Origin: Fervidobacterium sp.
GTDB taxonomy: Bacteria > Thermotogota > Thermotogae > Thermotogales > Fervidobacteriaceae
Assembly: GCA_049970055.1 (NCBI GenBank)
Contig: JBMFNR010000001.1
Span: 224,001-288,000 of the forward strand
Direction: 5' to 3'
Length of the DNA stretch: 64,000 bases
Made by a program: the position numbers and the translations under genes. Below the pieces are notes generated by a model. It was not told the DNA's origin, ran no database searches, and saw only the letters and a program-made list of their open reading frames with translations. Below, piece by piece: positions 1 to 9,644 of this stretch (within the stretch, counting starts at the first letter, position 1; each line of letters starts with the position of its first letter).

Positions 1-1
1 G

Positions 2-244
2 GTGAATATGTCAGCAAAAAACTGGTTCCAAAAACTTATGGTTTCATTAACTTCGGAAGAAAATAACATCAAGCTAACAGAGGGAGATAAGTTTGTTATA
101 GATCTCAATATTTCTGTCGAATTTGGAGTCAATATTCCTCAGATATATTCAAAAGTTGTTGAGAGTGTGAAAGAGACATTTAGAAAACATATCGGTTTTG
201 ATAATATCGATGTAAATTTGCATGTTGTTGATTTTAAACAATAA
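2..244 (+). CDS. Asp23/Gls24 family protein (probably 5'-truncated by the window edge)
   Basis: C-terminal pattern IDLNISVEFGVNIPQIYSKVVESVK...IDVNLHVVD is typical of Asp23/Gls24. Confidence 0.75.
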   Translation: MNMSAKNWFQKLMVSLTSEENNIKLTEGDKFVIDLNISVEFGVNIPQIYSKVVESVKETFRKHIGFDNIDVNLHVVDFKQ

Positions 245-262
245 TGTACGGGAGGTGACAAA

Positions 263-607
263 ATGGGATATGTTGATATAAAGGAGAATGTTTATCAAGA
301 GATAGCCTTTAGAAGTATATGTGAACTGCTTGGTATAGACAAAGATGATAAGAATGCAAAGAACCTGAAAAAAGGTATAGTCGTAGAGAAAAAACTTTTG
401 GAGAATAGTGAAGTAAATCCAAACACACTTCTAAATTATAATATCCAATTACTCTTACAACTTTCTGCAACATTTGGCACAAACCTAATCGATTTAGCTA
501 ACAGAATCGCATACAAAGTTCGAGATGATGTGAAAAGCATGACAGCTACTGACATCGTTGCTGTGAATGTCAAATTCGTTGATATTGAGTCACCAAATCA
601 AGTCTAG
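263..607 (+). CDS. Asp23/Gls24 family protein
   Basis: GGAGGT RBS; LSATFGTNLIDLANRIAYKVRDDVKSMT...VNVKFVD pattern; tandem with the previous Asp23-like gene. Confidence 0.65.
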   Translation: MGYVDIKENVYQEIAFRSICELLGIDKDDKNAKNLKKGIVVEKKLLENSEVNPNTLLNYNIQLLLQLSATFGTNLIDLANRIAYKVRDDVKSMTATDIVAVNVKFVDIESPNQV

Positions 608-614
608 AAATGAG

Positions 615-642
615 AAAGCATGGCTCGCAAGAGCCATGCTTT
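615..642. terminator. Bidirectional intrinsic terminator
   Basis: Perfect 12-bp stem AAAGCATGGCTC-GCAA-GAGCCATGCTTT between convergent genes. Confidence 0.85.
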
Positions 643-657
643 TGTTTTGGTGCATTT

Positions 658-2235
658 TTATATTTTTTCACTAATAGCTTTTGCTTGCAAGAACAAACCG
701 AGGTAATCTCTTCCACCGGCTTTGCTATCTGTACCAGACATGTTAAACCCGCCGAATGGATGCACACCGACAAGTGCACCTGTACATTTTCTATTGAAGT
801 ACAAATTACCTACATGGAATTCTTCCTTAGCCCTTTCGATTCGTGTTCTGTCCCTACTGTAAAGAGATCCTGTCAGTCCGTACTCAGTTGCATTTGCTAT
901 TTTTAGTGCATCATCGAAATCTTCAGCTTTAATTATGGCAAGAACTGGTCCGAAAATTTCTTCTTGTGCGATTCTTGCATTCCAAGAAACATCTTTGAAT
1001 ATCGTTGGTTCGATAAAGTACCCGCCAAGCTCTTCTCTGCCGTTTCCACCCCAGATAAGTTGCCCTTCTTTCTTGCCTATCTCTATGTATGCTAGTATCT
1101 TTTCCATTGAGCTTTTATTTACGACAGGTCCAAGCCAATTTTCTTTGTACCTAACATCGCCCATCTTTATTTTGGAGACCCTTTCTAAAACTTTTTCGAT
1201 AACTTTGTCGTATACTTCTTTAACAATTATTGCACGGCTTCCTGCACTACATTTTTGTCCTTGGTAACCAAATGCACTGACAACAATACCTTCAGCAGCT
1301 GCGTCAAGGTCTGCTGTTTCATCAACAATGACTGCATCCTTTCCTCCCATCTCAAGTACTGTACGTTTGATCCATATCTGACCTGGTTGTGGTTTTGCAG
1401 CTAATTCGTGGATCCTAAGTCCAACATCTTTAGAACCAGTGAAACTTATGAACCGAGTTTTTGGATGCTTGACCAGGAATTCACCGGCAAGTGCTCCACT
1501 TCCAGGTAATAAGTTTACAACGCCATCAGGTAAGCCTACCTCTTGAAGTACTTCAAAGAATTTTTCGGCGATAATTGGACTATCACTTGCAGGTTTAAGA
1601 ACAACGGTATTCCCTGTTACAATCGCTGCACTTGTCATACCAACTAATATTGCAAGTGGAAAATTCCATGGTGGAATAACAACCCCCGCACCAAGTGGTA
1701 AATACCTAAGTTCGTTGTACTCTCCGGGAATTCTCACAAGTGGTTGCTCCGATGAGTATCTTAACATTTCTCTGGCGTAGTATTCAAGAAAGTCTATTGC
1801 TTCTGAAACATCGGCATCAGCTTCAACCCAGTTTTTTCCAACTTCATAAACAAGCCATGCATCGAATTCAAATTTTTTCTCCCTAATTCTTTTTGCGGCT
1901 TTTAACAAATACTCTGCTCGAATGTGAGCAGGAACTTTGCTCCATGTTTTAAAAGTTTCCCAACCATTTTCAAGAGCCTTTTGTGCAAGTTCTTCGTTTG
2001 CACTATTGACGTATCCAACAACCTCTTCAAATTTGCTTGGATTTATTGATTTAATTTTTTTCTCTGTTTTGTAAGGTTTTCCTCCTATAAAGATATCGTA
2101 CTCCCTACCGAACTCTTGGTAAACTTTCTCAAGAGCTTGTTTCATATTTTCTTCATTCTGTGGTTGTGAGAAATCTGTTACGGGTTCGTTTTTGAATGGC
2201 GGAATAACTGTCCAGTCTGTAGCTTCGTAACCCAT
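658..2235 (-). CDS. pruA: L-glutamate gamma-semialdehyde (P5C) dehydrogenase
   Basis: ALDH motifs IPPWNFP, FTGS, LEMGGK, GQKCSA, EEIFGP; P5CDH-specific FKNEP and GTDSKAGG. Confidence 0.92.
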   Translation of the reverse strand: MGYEATDWTVIPPFKNEPVTDFSQPQNEENMKQALEKVYQEFGREYDIFIGGKPYKTEKKIKSINPSKFEEVVGYVNSANEELAQKALENGWETFKTWSKVPAHIRAEYLLKAAKRIREKKFEFDAWLVYEVGKNWVEADADVSEAIDFLEYYAREMLRYSSEQPLVRIPGEYNELRYLPLGAGVVIPPWNFPLAILVGMTSAAIVTGNTVVLKPASDSPIIAEKFFEVLQEVGLPDGVVNLLPGSGALAGEFLVKHPKTRFISFTGSKDVGLRIHELAAKPQPGQIWIKRTVLEMGGKDAVIVDETADLDAAAEGIVVSAFGYQGQKCSAGSRAIIVKEVYDKVIEKVLERVSKIKMGDVRYKENWLGPVVNKSSMEKILAYIEIGKKEGQLIWGGNGREELGGYFIEPTIFKDVSWNARIAQEEIFGPVLAIIKAEDFDDALKIANATEYGLTGSLYSRDRTRIERAKEEFHVGNLYFNRKCTGALVGVHPFGGFNMSGTDSKAGGRDYLGLFLQAKAISEKI

Positions 2236-2281
2236 AAATATCCCCCCTTGTTTTGTCTAAGTTTGGGAAAACTTAGAAATA

Positions 2282-4480
2282 TTATTTGTTTTCTTTCTCT
2301 TTCAATTTTTTAACGATAAACGATGCCACATGTATGCCTTTTGTTCCACGACCAAAACCAGCATCCACACCATTTTCTATTGCCATGTCGTTTGTTATCT
2401 GCGTTCCACCTACGATTATCAAAACTTTGTCCCTGATGCCCTTTTCTATCGCTAGCTCGTTTAATCTTCTCATATTTTTAATGTGTACATCGTTATGTGT
2501 AATGATCATCGAAGCTAGTATCGCATCTGCACCGGTTTCTATGGCAGCATCTATGAGTTTTTCAGGAGGTACACTTGTTCCCAAATAAACGTATTTTATA
2601 CCGTATTTTTCAATTCCTCCGTGCTTAATGTCAAGTATTTCCCTTAAACCAACGGAGTGTTCATCTTCGCCAACAGTGGCAGCTACGACTTTAATTGAGC
2701 GTTTTTCTACAAAGCTGAATAATTCCTCTTCTGGTAGCGTTTCTGGTTTCTTTGGAAGTTCCAGTTCATCTATTTTTATTTCAAATGGAACTTTAGCCTT
2801 CAGTTCTATATATGTTCCTTCAACAGGATGTAGGACTGTTTTTGCGATTATTGTTGGTTCTTCAAGTCCCAATTTTTCACAAACTGCAAGTGCCGCAGCT
2901 TCTGCGTATTCTTCAGGAAGCGCAAAAGTCATGTCGAGTTGGATCCAACCATCCGCGTACCATTCAACTTCTGGCTTGATAACATTGCGTTTTTTTAAAT
3001 CTTTGATTCGTTCAAGTCTTAAATTTACATTATCTGTTTCATCAAGCTCATCTATAAATTGAATCTTTTCAGGTTTATGGAATGTGCACCCACCAATGAG
3101 ATCGCATGGTTTTTCCAAATCATCTGGTAAATTGTTGTAACCAAAGTGTTCACAAACAGGTGCCATGTAATCTGGATCTCTTGGAACAACTGTACCAGCT
3201 GCAAGTTCACCGTCTTTTTTCCTTGCTATCCCATCTCCGAAACGTTCAGGGTAATAGCCATTATCAACAAACATGCCAGCTTCAAGTGCTTCAAAATAGC
3301 CACCCATTTCTAATATTTCTTCAAGCATTAAGATTGCTCTCATTTTTAATTCTCTTACCTTTTCCCTTATTGCTTCTTGATCTATCTTTACGTATTTTTT
3401 TATACCGTCCAGGGCGAGTAACGTATGTTTGGCAGTTTCCACACCACGTATAGAATTTATGTGCCATGGAACATTTCTACCTTCATCGGGGGTAATCGTT
3501 GATTGCAAATCGGCACTTGTCAATCTCGAGAGCACAGCGTTGAGGACGTGTACTCTTGTAGCATCAAATAGATCAGATTCGATGTATCTTGTATTCATCT
3601 GTGCTCTGAATCTGTAACCTTGAAATAGCTCTCTAAGCGCTACTGCATAAGGTAAATCGATGCGCATTTCTGGAAGAGGAGCAATTACAGGAGGTACCGT
3701 TGAGAGAGCTATATTTTCCTTTGGCATTCCAACTTTGACAGAGAACATACAATTGATTCCATGTTGAACTAAAAGCTCTGGCATCACTGTCCAAGCAAGT
3801 TTTGCAGATGCATTCGCGTTGTGAGCGCCATCTATTTGAAGCATGTTCGCCCATGCCATTATCTTTTTCGCAACAGCAGCATCAACAAACGAACGAACTG
3901 GATTTACTCCCCGGTAAAGTATATTGTACTGTGGGTCTTGGTGAGCGCCGTTAACTCCCTCTTCGGCAAACAATACAGCAATTTCAGGACCTGCAACACC
4001 GGAGACATAACTGTGGAAGTTAATTGATCTTCCAACTTCTTCTTCAATCATGTCAAGAGCTTTCCTCGTTGCTCTTACTTGCTTTCTCGTTATGGGGATT
4101 CCACCAACGCCTTCCGGCGTACCTTCGATCAAACCATCGAAATGTGATTGACCAAGCGTACGGATAACCATTATGTGATCTGCACCGTGCCATGCGGCCA
4201 TTCTCATACGCCTGATATCATCTTCAAACCTTCCTGAAGCAATCTCAGAGGTTATAACAACATCTGGTTGTGGGTCAATGTTATTGAAGTAATGTGCTGC
4301 TGGCAGTGGAATACTATTTTTCAATGGCTCACTTATCTGATAGTATTCATACTTATCTATCTTCGTACCTTCCGGTAATTTCTTTCTCCATGTCCAACCT
4401 CTTCTCTTTGGTCTATACTTATCAAGATCTTTTAATATTTCATCTACATCTATTGACTTACTTGGGTCAAGTTTGTACAT
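2282..4480 (-). CDS. oraE: D-ornithine 4,5-aminomutase, beta (E) subunit (B12/PLP)
   Basis: EIASGRFEDDIRRMRMAAWHGADHIMVIR; B12 motif DEHSVG; PLP lysine in DIKHGG; operon context. Confidence 0.93.
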   Translation of the reverse strand: MYKLDPSKSIDVDEILKDLDKYRPKRRGWTWRKKLPEGTKIDKYEYYQISEPLKNSIPLPAAHYFNNIDPQPDVVITSEIASGRFEDDIRRMRMAAWHGADHIMVIRTLGQSHFDGLIEGTPEGVGGIPITRKQVRATRKALDMIEEEVGRSINFHSYVSGVAGPEIAVLFAEEGVNGAHQDPQYNILYRGVNPVRSFVDAAVAKKIMAWANMLQIDGAHNANASAKLAWTVMPELLVQHGINCMFSVKVGMPKENIALSTVPPVIAPLPEMRIDLPYAVALRELFQGYRFRAQMNTRYIESDLFDATRVHVLNAVLSRLTSADLQSTITPDEGRNVPWHINSIRGVETAKHTLLALDGIKKYVKIDQEAIREKVRELKMRAILMLEEILEMGGYFEALEAGMFVDNGYYPERFGDGIARKKDGELAAGTVVPRDPDYMAPVCEHFGYNNLPDDLEKPCDLIGGCTFHKPEKIQFIDELDETDNVNLRLERIKDLKKRNVIKPEVEWYADGWIQLDMTFALPEEYAEAAALAVCEKLGLEEPTIIAKTVLHPVEGTYIELKAKVPFEIKIDELELPKKPETLPEEELFSFVEKRSIKVVAATVGEDEHSVGLREILDIKHGGIEKYGIKYVYLGTSVPPEKLIDAAIETGADAILASMIITHNDVHIKNMRRLNELAIEKGIRDKVLIIVGGTQITNDMAIENGVDAGFGRGTKGIHVASFIVKKLKEKENK

Positions 4481-4860
4481 TATTTACTCACCTCTTTTCT
4501 TACACCCTTGAATATCCTATCCACGTCATCCCAATATTCTCCGTTAATCATCCTTCTGCCGGCTTCTATATAATCTATGTGGTGTTCTTGCGCTATCCTC
4601 CAGACGATGTGGCCAGCACCTTTTCCGAGTAGTCCCCTTTCAAATATCATATCGACAAGTTTTTTAGCCTCAAGGCTGTTAAATCCCATCCTAAGTAAGA
4701 CAGACCTTTCAATGGAAGGAGAAGTATGTGTTTTTGCAAGTTCAACGAGTGGATCAACTACCTTTTCAACGAGATTCCAAAAGTATGCATTTAGTTCTTC
4801 GTCTGTCATATTCTGTAGATGCTTAGACCGTTCTTTGAAATCATCTGGTCTTGGTCTCAT
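4480..4860 (-). CDS. oraS: D-ornithine 4,5-aminomutase, alpha (S) subunit
   Basis: HTSPSIERSVLLRMGF and LLGKGAGH motifs; ATGA overlap with ortB stop. Confidence 0.9.
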   Translation of the reverse strand: MRPRPDDFKERSKHLQNMTDEELNAYFWNLVEKVVDPLVELAKTHTSPSIERSVLLRMGFNSLEAKKLVDMIFERGLLGKGAGHIVWRIAQEHHIDYIEAGRRMINGEYWDDVDRIFKGVRKEVSK

Positions 4861-6275
4861 ATTTGCACCTCCGCAATCCATCTTCTGATCTCATCTTCAG
4901 AAGCTCTTAAGTCTTCTTTCAAAAATTCCATTTCTTCCTTAGAAAACTCTTTCCTACTTTCGCGTTTGATAAGTTCCTTTAAATAACTTTTCTTCATCTC
5001 TTCGATGGGGTACTCTATATACGCAATCTGAGACGGATGTTCTGGAATTACAATCACTTTTCCAGGTTTATCTTCCTTTATCGGATCTCCCCTTTTCACT
5101 ACCATTCCCATTTTTTTGGCAAATGTTAGTTGAGCGGAAGGTAATTTTCCCGCACCTGTGTATTCAGTTTCGTTTACTACGATTGTCTGATCTTCATCCA
5201 TTTCAAGCGCAAGTGCAAATGCAGCTGCAAGAGATGTATTTCCCGCAGGTCCTCTTTGCAATCCTTCGAGTTGCGCAAGCATTTCCGTTACGTAAAAGAC
5301 CTCTCCCTGCGTTACTAAGACGTACCTATCCATATATCTTAATGGCCTTGCAGCGTTTTTCGGTACATCTGATCTGTCTGGATATACGGCGAATGGTATA
5401 CCAAAGCCCGTATGACCCGTTGTGAAGTATTTCCTGTTGAAATCACTATCGCTTGCCATGTGTAAGCCTCTCAGGTCAACACTTGCTCCTATAACTTTCG
5501 TATTCGTAGCACCTGCTTTTATTAATCCACGTGCAGTACCTGTTATTAGTCCACCACCAGCATGTGTCACAACGACTGCGTCTGGGAATTTACCTGTTAA
5601 TTCCTTCATTTGATGTGCAATTTCGTATCCTAAAGTTTCTATACCGGCAATAGCATATGGGGAATAGAGAGAAGCGTTGAAATACCCTGTTTCCTCGAGG
5701 AGTCTAAGTGTGTAATAAAAGAGTTCAGGGCCAACGGTAAGTTGTACAACCTCAGCACCGTAAGCTTCACAGGCTCTACCTTTTTCCAAAATCTCAGGTT
5801 GCCCGCGCCATTGACTATCGTAACATTCCTGCACTATTATGCATTTTAGCCCCCTTTTCGCTGCTTGTGAAGCAACAGCTGCACCATAATTTCCACTTGT
5901 CGCTGCTATTACTCCCTTATATCCAAGTTTTTGAGCGTGGTAAACGCTTATGGCAGCTCTTCTATCTTTAAAACTACCAGATGGGTTCGCTGCTTCATCT
6001 TTCAAGAATATCCTTGCCCCTTTACCTTTTGGAACTAGCTTCTTGATAAGTCTATTTATATTTTTCAATTCAACGAGTGGTGTGTTTCCAACGCATGTTT
6101 CAGCTTGAATATTTCTTACCTCTTCTATCGTGTATCCGACTTCCTTCATCATTCTTTCGTAGTCAAATGCAAAACCTTTTACAATGAACTTTTCATAATC
6201 TATTCCAACAGCTCTTTTCATTATCTCAGCACGTCTTGACATTACTGCTTCGTAAGAGTAATCTTTTTGAATCAT
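4857..6275 (-). CDS. ortB: 2-amino-4-ketopentanoate thiolase beta subunit (PLP, fold type II)
   Basis: NPSGSFKDR PLP lysine, ATSGNYG; follows ortA. Confidence 0.9.
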   Translation of the reverse strand: MIQKDYSYEAVMSRRAEIMKRAVGIDYEKFIVKGFAFDYERMMKEVGYTIEEVRNIQAETCVGNTPLVELKNINRLIKKLVPKGKGARIFLKDEAANPSGSFKDRRAAISVYHAQKLGYKGVIAATSGNYGAAVASQAAKRGLKCIIVQECYDSQWRGQPEILEKGRACEAYGAEVVQLTVGPELFYYTLRLLEETGYFNASLYSPYAIAGIETLGYEIAHQMKELTGKFPDAVVVTHAGGGLITGTARGLIKAGATNTKVIGASVDLRGLHMASDSDFNRKYFTTGHTGFGIPFAVYPDRSDVPKNAARPLRYMDRYVLVTQGEVFYVTEMLAQLEGLQRGPAGNTSLAAAFALALEMDEDQTIVVNETEYTGAGKLPSAQLTFAKKMGMVVKRGDPIKEDKPGKVIVIPEHPSQIAYIEYPIEEMKKSYLKELIKRESRKEFSKEEMEFLKEDLRASEDEIRRWIAEVQI

Positions 6276-6580
6276 AATTCATCACCGCCAAAAAGTAGCT
6301 CTCTTAGCTCTCTTCCTATGGTAATTAGCTCTGGTACAGGTTCTCCAAAATCATGTTCGTACCTTGGATTAATCGATACCAACTTTCCAGTTACCGTTCT
6401 TCCAGTCATAGTACGTATACTTACTGTAGCACCAAGAGATGCCACTTCGTCTAAAAGAAAACCTTTTACTCTCATCTGCAAAGGTAATTTCTTTGTATCA
6501 TCTGGTACTTGCGGCGCTCTTTCTTCTGGGGTCAGTATCGTAACTTCGATCTGAACCCAATCTCCTTTTTTAGCAAGCAT
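6272..6580 (-). CDS. ortA: 2-amino-4-ketopentanoate thiolase alpha subunit
   Basis: AKKGDWVQI...ERAPQVPDDTKK...HDFGEP pattern; about 100 aa; context. Confidence 0.9.
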   Translation of the reverse strand: MLAKKGDWVQIEVTILTPEERAPQVPDDTKKLPLQMRVKGFLLDEVASLGATVSIRTMTGRTVTGKLVSINPRYEHDFGEPVPELITIGRELRELLFGGDEL

Positions 6581-6598
6581 AATAACCTACCCCCGTTA

Positions 6599-7612
6599 TT
6601 ATTTTGTAATTTGTGATAAGATTGATCGTGGGACGGGGAGATCTGCCATACATTTGAGACCTGGTTGAGCACCTATAACTATTGGAATCATATTTGTTGC
6701 AATAGCAACCGTTGCCTTACCTCCAGGAATTTCCGGTTTTATCGAAAGGTTAATATTGATATCACCGTAAATTTCTATGTAATCACCTGTCTCAACACCT
6801 TCAAGGTGCGGTTGTATCTGTTGCGGATGGTAAAGTTCGATAACGCATCTATCACCCACAAACGCCCTAGCTGAGTGATTACAACCAGCAACCATACCAG
6901 GCTGAACCTTTACAACAGGTGTTTCCCTGTATGCGTTTGAGATTATCGGTTTTCTTTCTTCCTCAACTTTCGTAATCTCCCAACCAAGGACTCTTGATAT
7001 CATTGCAATACTTTGTGGAAATCCGATGTGACCAACAATTGTTCCCTTTTTCAAACCTTCTTCAAATTGCTCAGGAGATGTTCCAACACCTTGTGTTTCC
7101 ATAACAGTTTTGCCGAAAGGCGAAAGGTCGTTAACTCTCTTTGCAACAATTTTATCTACCCTCGTACAAACACCTGTGAGAGCTATGATAAGGGTATCTA
7201 ATACGAAACCTGGATTAACACCTGTACCAAGTATGGTAACACCATATCTTTTGGCAAGGCTATCCATGTAAAGTGATTCTTCCGGATGGGAATCAAACGG
7301 GAAAGCCATCTCCTCAGCAATTGTTATTACATTGGCGTGATTTTTGACAGCATACTCGACTTGGGGAAGCACATCTTTTACAAACGAACTTGTTGCGATA
7401 ACTACAATATCCGGATTTGTTTCTTCGATTACATCTATGGAGTCTCTAACTCTCACACCGTACGTATCGATCCCTAATAATATACCAACATCCTTTCCTA
7501 TATATTCAGGGTTTTTATCAATTACACCAACTAGTTTCATGAACTTGCTAACAGCCACATTTTTTGCTATCCCTCTTCCCATAGCACCAAAACCCCAGAT
7601 GACGACTCTCAT
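6599..7612 (-). CDS. ord: 2,4-diaminopentanoate dehydrogenase
   Basis: Rossmann motif [24 protein letters not shown]; first gene of the ornithine operon. Confidence 0.9.
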   Translation of the reverse strand: MRVVIWGFGAMGRGIAKNVAVSKFMKLVGVIDKNPEYIGKDVGILLGIDTYGVRVRDSIDVIEETNPDIVVIATSSFVKDVLPQVEYAVKNHANVITIAEEMAFPFDSHPEESLYMDSLAKRYGVTILGTGVNPGFVLDTLIIALTGVCTRVDKIVAKRVNDLSPFGKTVMETQGVGTSPEQFEEGLKKGTIVGHIGFPQSIAMISRVLGWEITKVEEERKPIISNAYRETPVVKVQPGMVAGCNHSARAFVGDRCVIELYHPQQIQPHLEGVETGDYIEIYGDININLSIKPEIPGGKATVAIATNMIPIVIGAQPGLKCMADLPVPRSILSQITK

Positions 7613-7686
7613 TCAAAAACCCTCCCTTTGTATTTTTGTGTTTTTTGAATATCTGCTAGAGTTTTCAACTATTAATATCACCAGTA

Positions 7687-7716
7687 ATTTTACACTCAAT
7701 TCAATATAATTTTCAA
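7687..7716 (-). promoter_or_regulatory. Putative sigma-70 promoter of the ornithine operon
   Basis: Minus strand TTGAAA-N18-TAAAAT about 75 nt upstream of the ord start. Confidence 0.5.
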
Positions 7717-7937
7717 ACCTGTAACGCTCCATACTTTACATTCTAATTGGAATAATTTGATTGTATGTTTTTTATACTCATTTTCTCATTATTTTGCGAT
7801 GATATGCTCTTTTTCGTGGTTTGATACGGAAAGTATGAAAAAGAATAAACTCACGATTGAAACATAAAACTGCATAAAATCAATGGAACACGTGATTATT
7901 AATCTTTATGTAACAAATAATTTTCACTAATTATCCA

Positions 7938-7965
7938 TTGAAAGTAACTTTTAAAATGGTATAAT
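7938..7965 (+). promoter_or_regulatory. Near-consensus sigma-70 promoter of the small repeat-protein gene
   Basis: TTGAAA-N16-TATAAT with extended -10 TG. Confidence 0.75.
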
Positions 7966-8025
7966 AACCTTCGAAAGGTATTAGAATATCGGCAACTCAA
8001 TTATATTTGCAGGGAGGTTGGAGTT

Positions 8026-8304
8026 ATGGCATCTAAAAAAGGCTTGACAGTAACACTTATAGTTATCGCTATCATCGTTGTTGCTATTATCTGGGCGGTA
8101 GCTGCAAATAAGAGCAAAGCAGCCGCAACAACACAAGAAGCAACAACAACACAAGAAGCAACAACAACACAAGAACCAACAACAACACAAGAAGTAACAA
8201 CAACACAAGAAGCAACAACACAAGAAGCAACAACAGAAGAAGCAACAACAACACAAGAAGCAACAACAGAAGAAGCAACAACAACACAAGAAGCAACATA
8301 TTGA
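8026..8304 (+). CDS. Small membrane-anchored Thr/Glu/Gln-rich tandem-repeat protein
   Basis: GGGAGG RBS, own promoter and terminator; basic N-terminus, about 20-aa hydrophobic helix, then ten TT(T)(Q/E)E(A/P/V) units. Confidence 0.8.
   Translation: MASKKGLTVTLIVIAIIVVAIIWAVAANKSKAAATTQEATTTQEATTTQEPTTTQEVTTTQEATTQEATTEEATTTQEATTEEATTTQEATY
8128..8295 (+). repeat. Coding tandem repeat, 10 units of 15 or 18 bp (consensus ACAACAACACAAGAAGCA)
   Basis: Directly visible; all Thr codons in the tract are ACA. Confidence 0.95.
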
Positions 8305-8325
8305 TCTTTCTTAGGTAAGAACAAT

Positions 8326-8350
8326 AAACGCGGGCTAAACGCCCGCGTTT
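8326..8350. terminator. Bidirectional intrinsic terminator
   Basis: AAACGCGGGC-TAAAC-GCCCGCGTTT between the repeat gene and purB. Confidence 0.85.
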
Positions 8351-9640
8351 TCATTTTTCAAAGCGTTTGTATATTTCGTCTATGTTTCTTAAGTAGTAAT
8401 CAGGTTTAAACAATTCATCTAGTTTTTCACCTAAATGCTGCATGATTTTTTCGTCTTTTTTCAGTAGCTGCTGGAAGTCCTCCCCACTTTCCCAACAATG
8501 CAGTGCGTATTTTTGGATTAACGTGTAAGCTTCCTCCCTACTTATGCCTGCATCAACGAGTGCAAGCATAACCCTTTGTGAGTAAATAAGACCTCTTGTG
8601 ATCTCCATGTTCTTCTTAACGTTTTTTTCGAAGATTACCATATTTTCAATCAAATACTTTGTTTTTTCAAGCATATAATAAATAGTCATCGTCGCGTCTG
8701 GTATGATGTAACGCTCGTTCGAAGAATGTGATATATCTCGTTCGTGCCACAGAGCCATATTTTCAAATCCAACTTGTGTGTAACTTCTAATCAGTCTCGC
8801 CATACCAGTAAGTCTTTCGCAGAGGATAGGATTTTTCTTGTGCGGCATAGCGGAAGAACCTCTTTGCCCTTCTTTAAATGGCTCCATCACTTCAAGAACT
8901 TCTGTTCGCTGCAAGTGTCTTATTTCAATTACAATTCGTTCTATTAGACCAGCTAGCAAGGCAAGCAGTGATAACATATGAGCTATGTAATCTCTTGGAA
9001 TAACTTGTGTGGCTACTGGTGTTGGCTTTAACCCAAGTTTACCAAGTGCGATTTTTTCGATTTCTGGATCTATATTTGCGTAATTTCCAACTGCACCACT
9101 CAGTTTGCCAACAGCGATTTCTTCGCGAAGGTACCTTAACCTATCAATATTTCTTTGCAGTTCCGCATACCATGAAAGAAACCTTAGCCCGAAAGAGGTT
9201 GGTTCTGCGTGTACTCCGTGTGTTCTACCTATTGTAGGCATATCTTTGTATTCCAAAGCTTTCTCGTACAAGACATTACCTAAGTTTTTACAAGATTCCA
9301 TTATTGTATCAAGTGCTCGAATTATGGCAAGCGAGTTTGCTGTATCAACAACATCAGACGAAGTTAAACCGTAGTGGAAAAACCTTGCTTCATCTCCCAT
9401 ATTCTTTGTCACAGCTTTGATGAACGCAATAACATCGTGGTCAACAACCTTTTCAATTTCGAGAATCTCATCAACATCTATAACCGCTTTATAACTTATA
9501 CTTTTTGCGGTTCCTTTTGGCGCGATACCTTTTTCTTCGTAAGCTTCAACAACGGCAAGCTCAACTTCAAGCCATCGTTTATATTGTTCCTTCAACGTCC
9601 AAAGACTTTTCAAAGGTTCCAAAGCATACCTTTCTACCAC
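8351..9640 (-). CDS. purB: Adenylosuccinate lyase
   Basis: GRTHGVHAEPT, GSSAMPHKKNP signature; GTG start at 9640 after a G-rich RBS. Confidence 0.95.
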   Translation of the reverse strand: MVERYALEPLKSLWTLKEQYKRWLEVELAVVEAYEEKGIAPKGTAKSISYKAVIDVDEILEIEKVVDHDVIAFIKAVTKNMGDEARFFHYGLTSSDVVDTANSLAIIRALDTIMESCKNLGNVLYEKALEYKDMPTIGRTHGVHAEPTSFGLRFLSWYAELQRNIDRLRYLREEIAVGKLSGAVGNYANIDPEIEKIALGKLGLKPTPVATQVIPRDYIAHMLSLLALLAGLIERIVIEIRHLQRTEVLEVMEPFKEGQRGSSAMPHKKNPILCERLTGMARLIRSYTQVGFENMALWHERDISHSSNERYIIPDATMTIYYMLEKTKYLIENMVIFEKNVKKNMEITRGLIYSQRVMLALVDAGISREEAYTLIQKYALHCWESGEDFQQLLKKDEKIMQHLGEKLDELFKPDYYLRNIDEIYKRFEK

Positions 9641-9644
9641 TTTC

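Noticed and set aside
610..1267. Plus-strand ORFs opposite pruA, and the many similar short antisense ORFs across the window
   Set aside because: No RBS or recognisable motifs; shadows of confidently assigned genes
7755..7890. Possible ArgR boxes upstream of ord (GTAT-N7-ATAC; TGCATAAAA)
   Set aside because: Spacing does not match TGNAT-N4-ATNCA, and such matches are expected in AT-rich DNA
7962..8015. Leader hairpin ACCTT-CGA-AAGGT as a riboswitch
   Set aside because: Leader is only about 55 nt and lacks the conserved elements of riboswitch classes I know
8128..8295. Repeat tract as a CRISPR array
   Set aside because: Contiguous 15/18-bp in-frame units with no unique spacers and no cas genes
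7981..8354. Antisense ORFs encoding poly-Cys, poly-Val and poly-Leu peptides
   Set aside because: Shadows of the ACA-rich repeat; the promoter, RBS and sensible protein are on the plus strand
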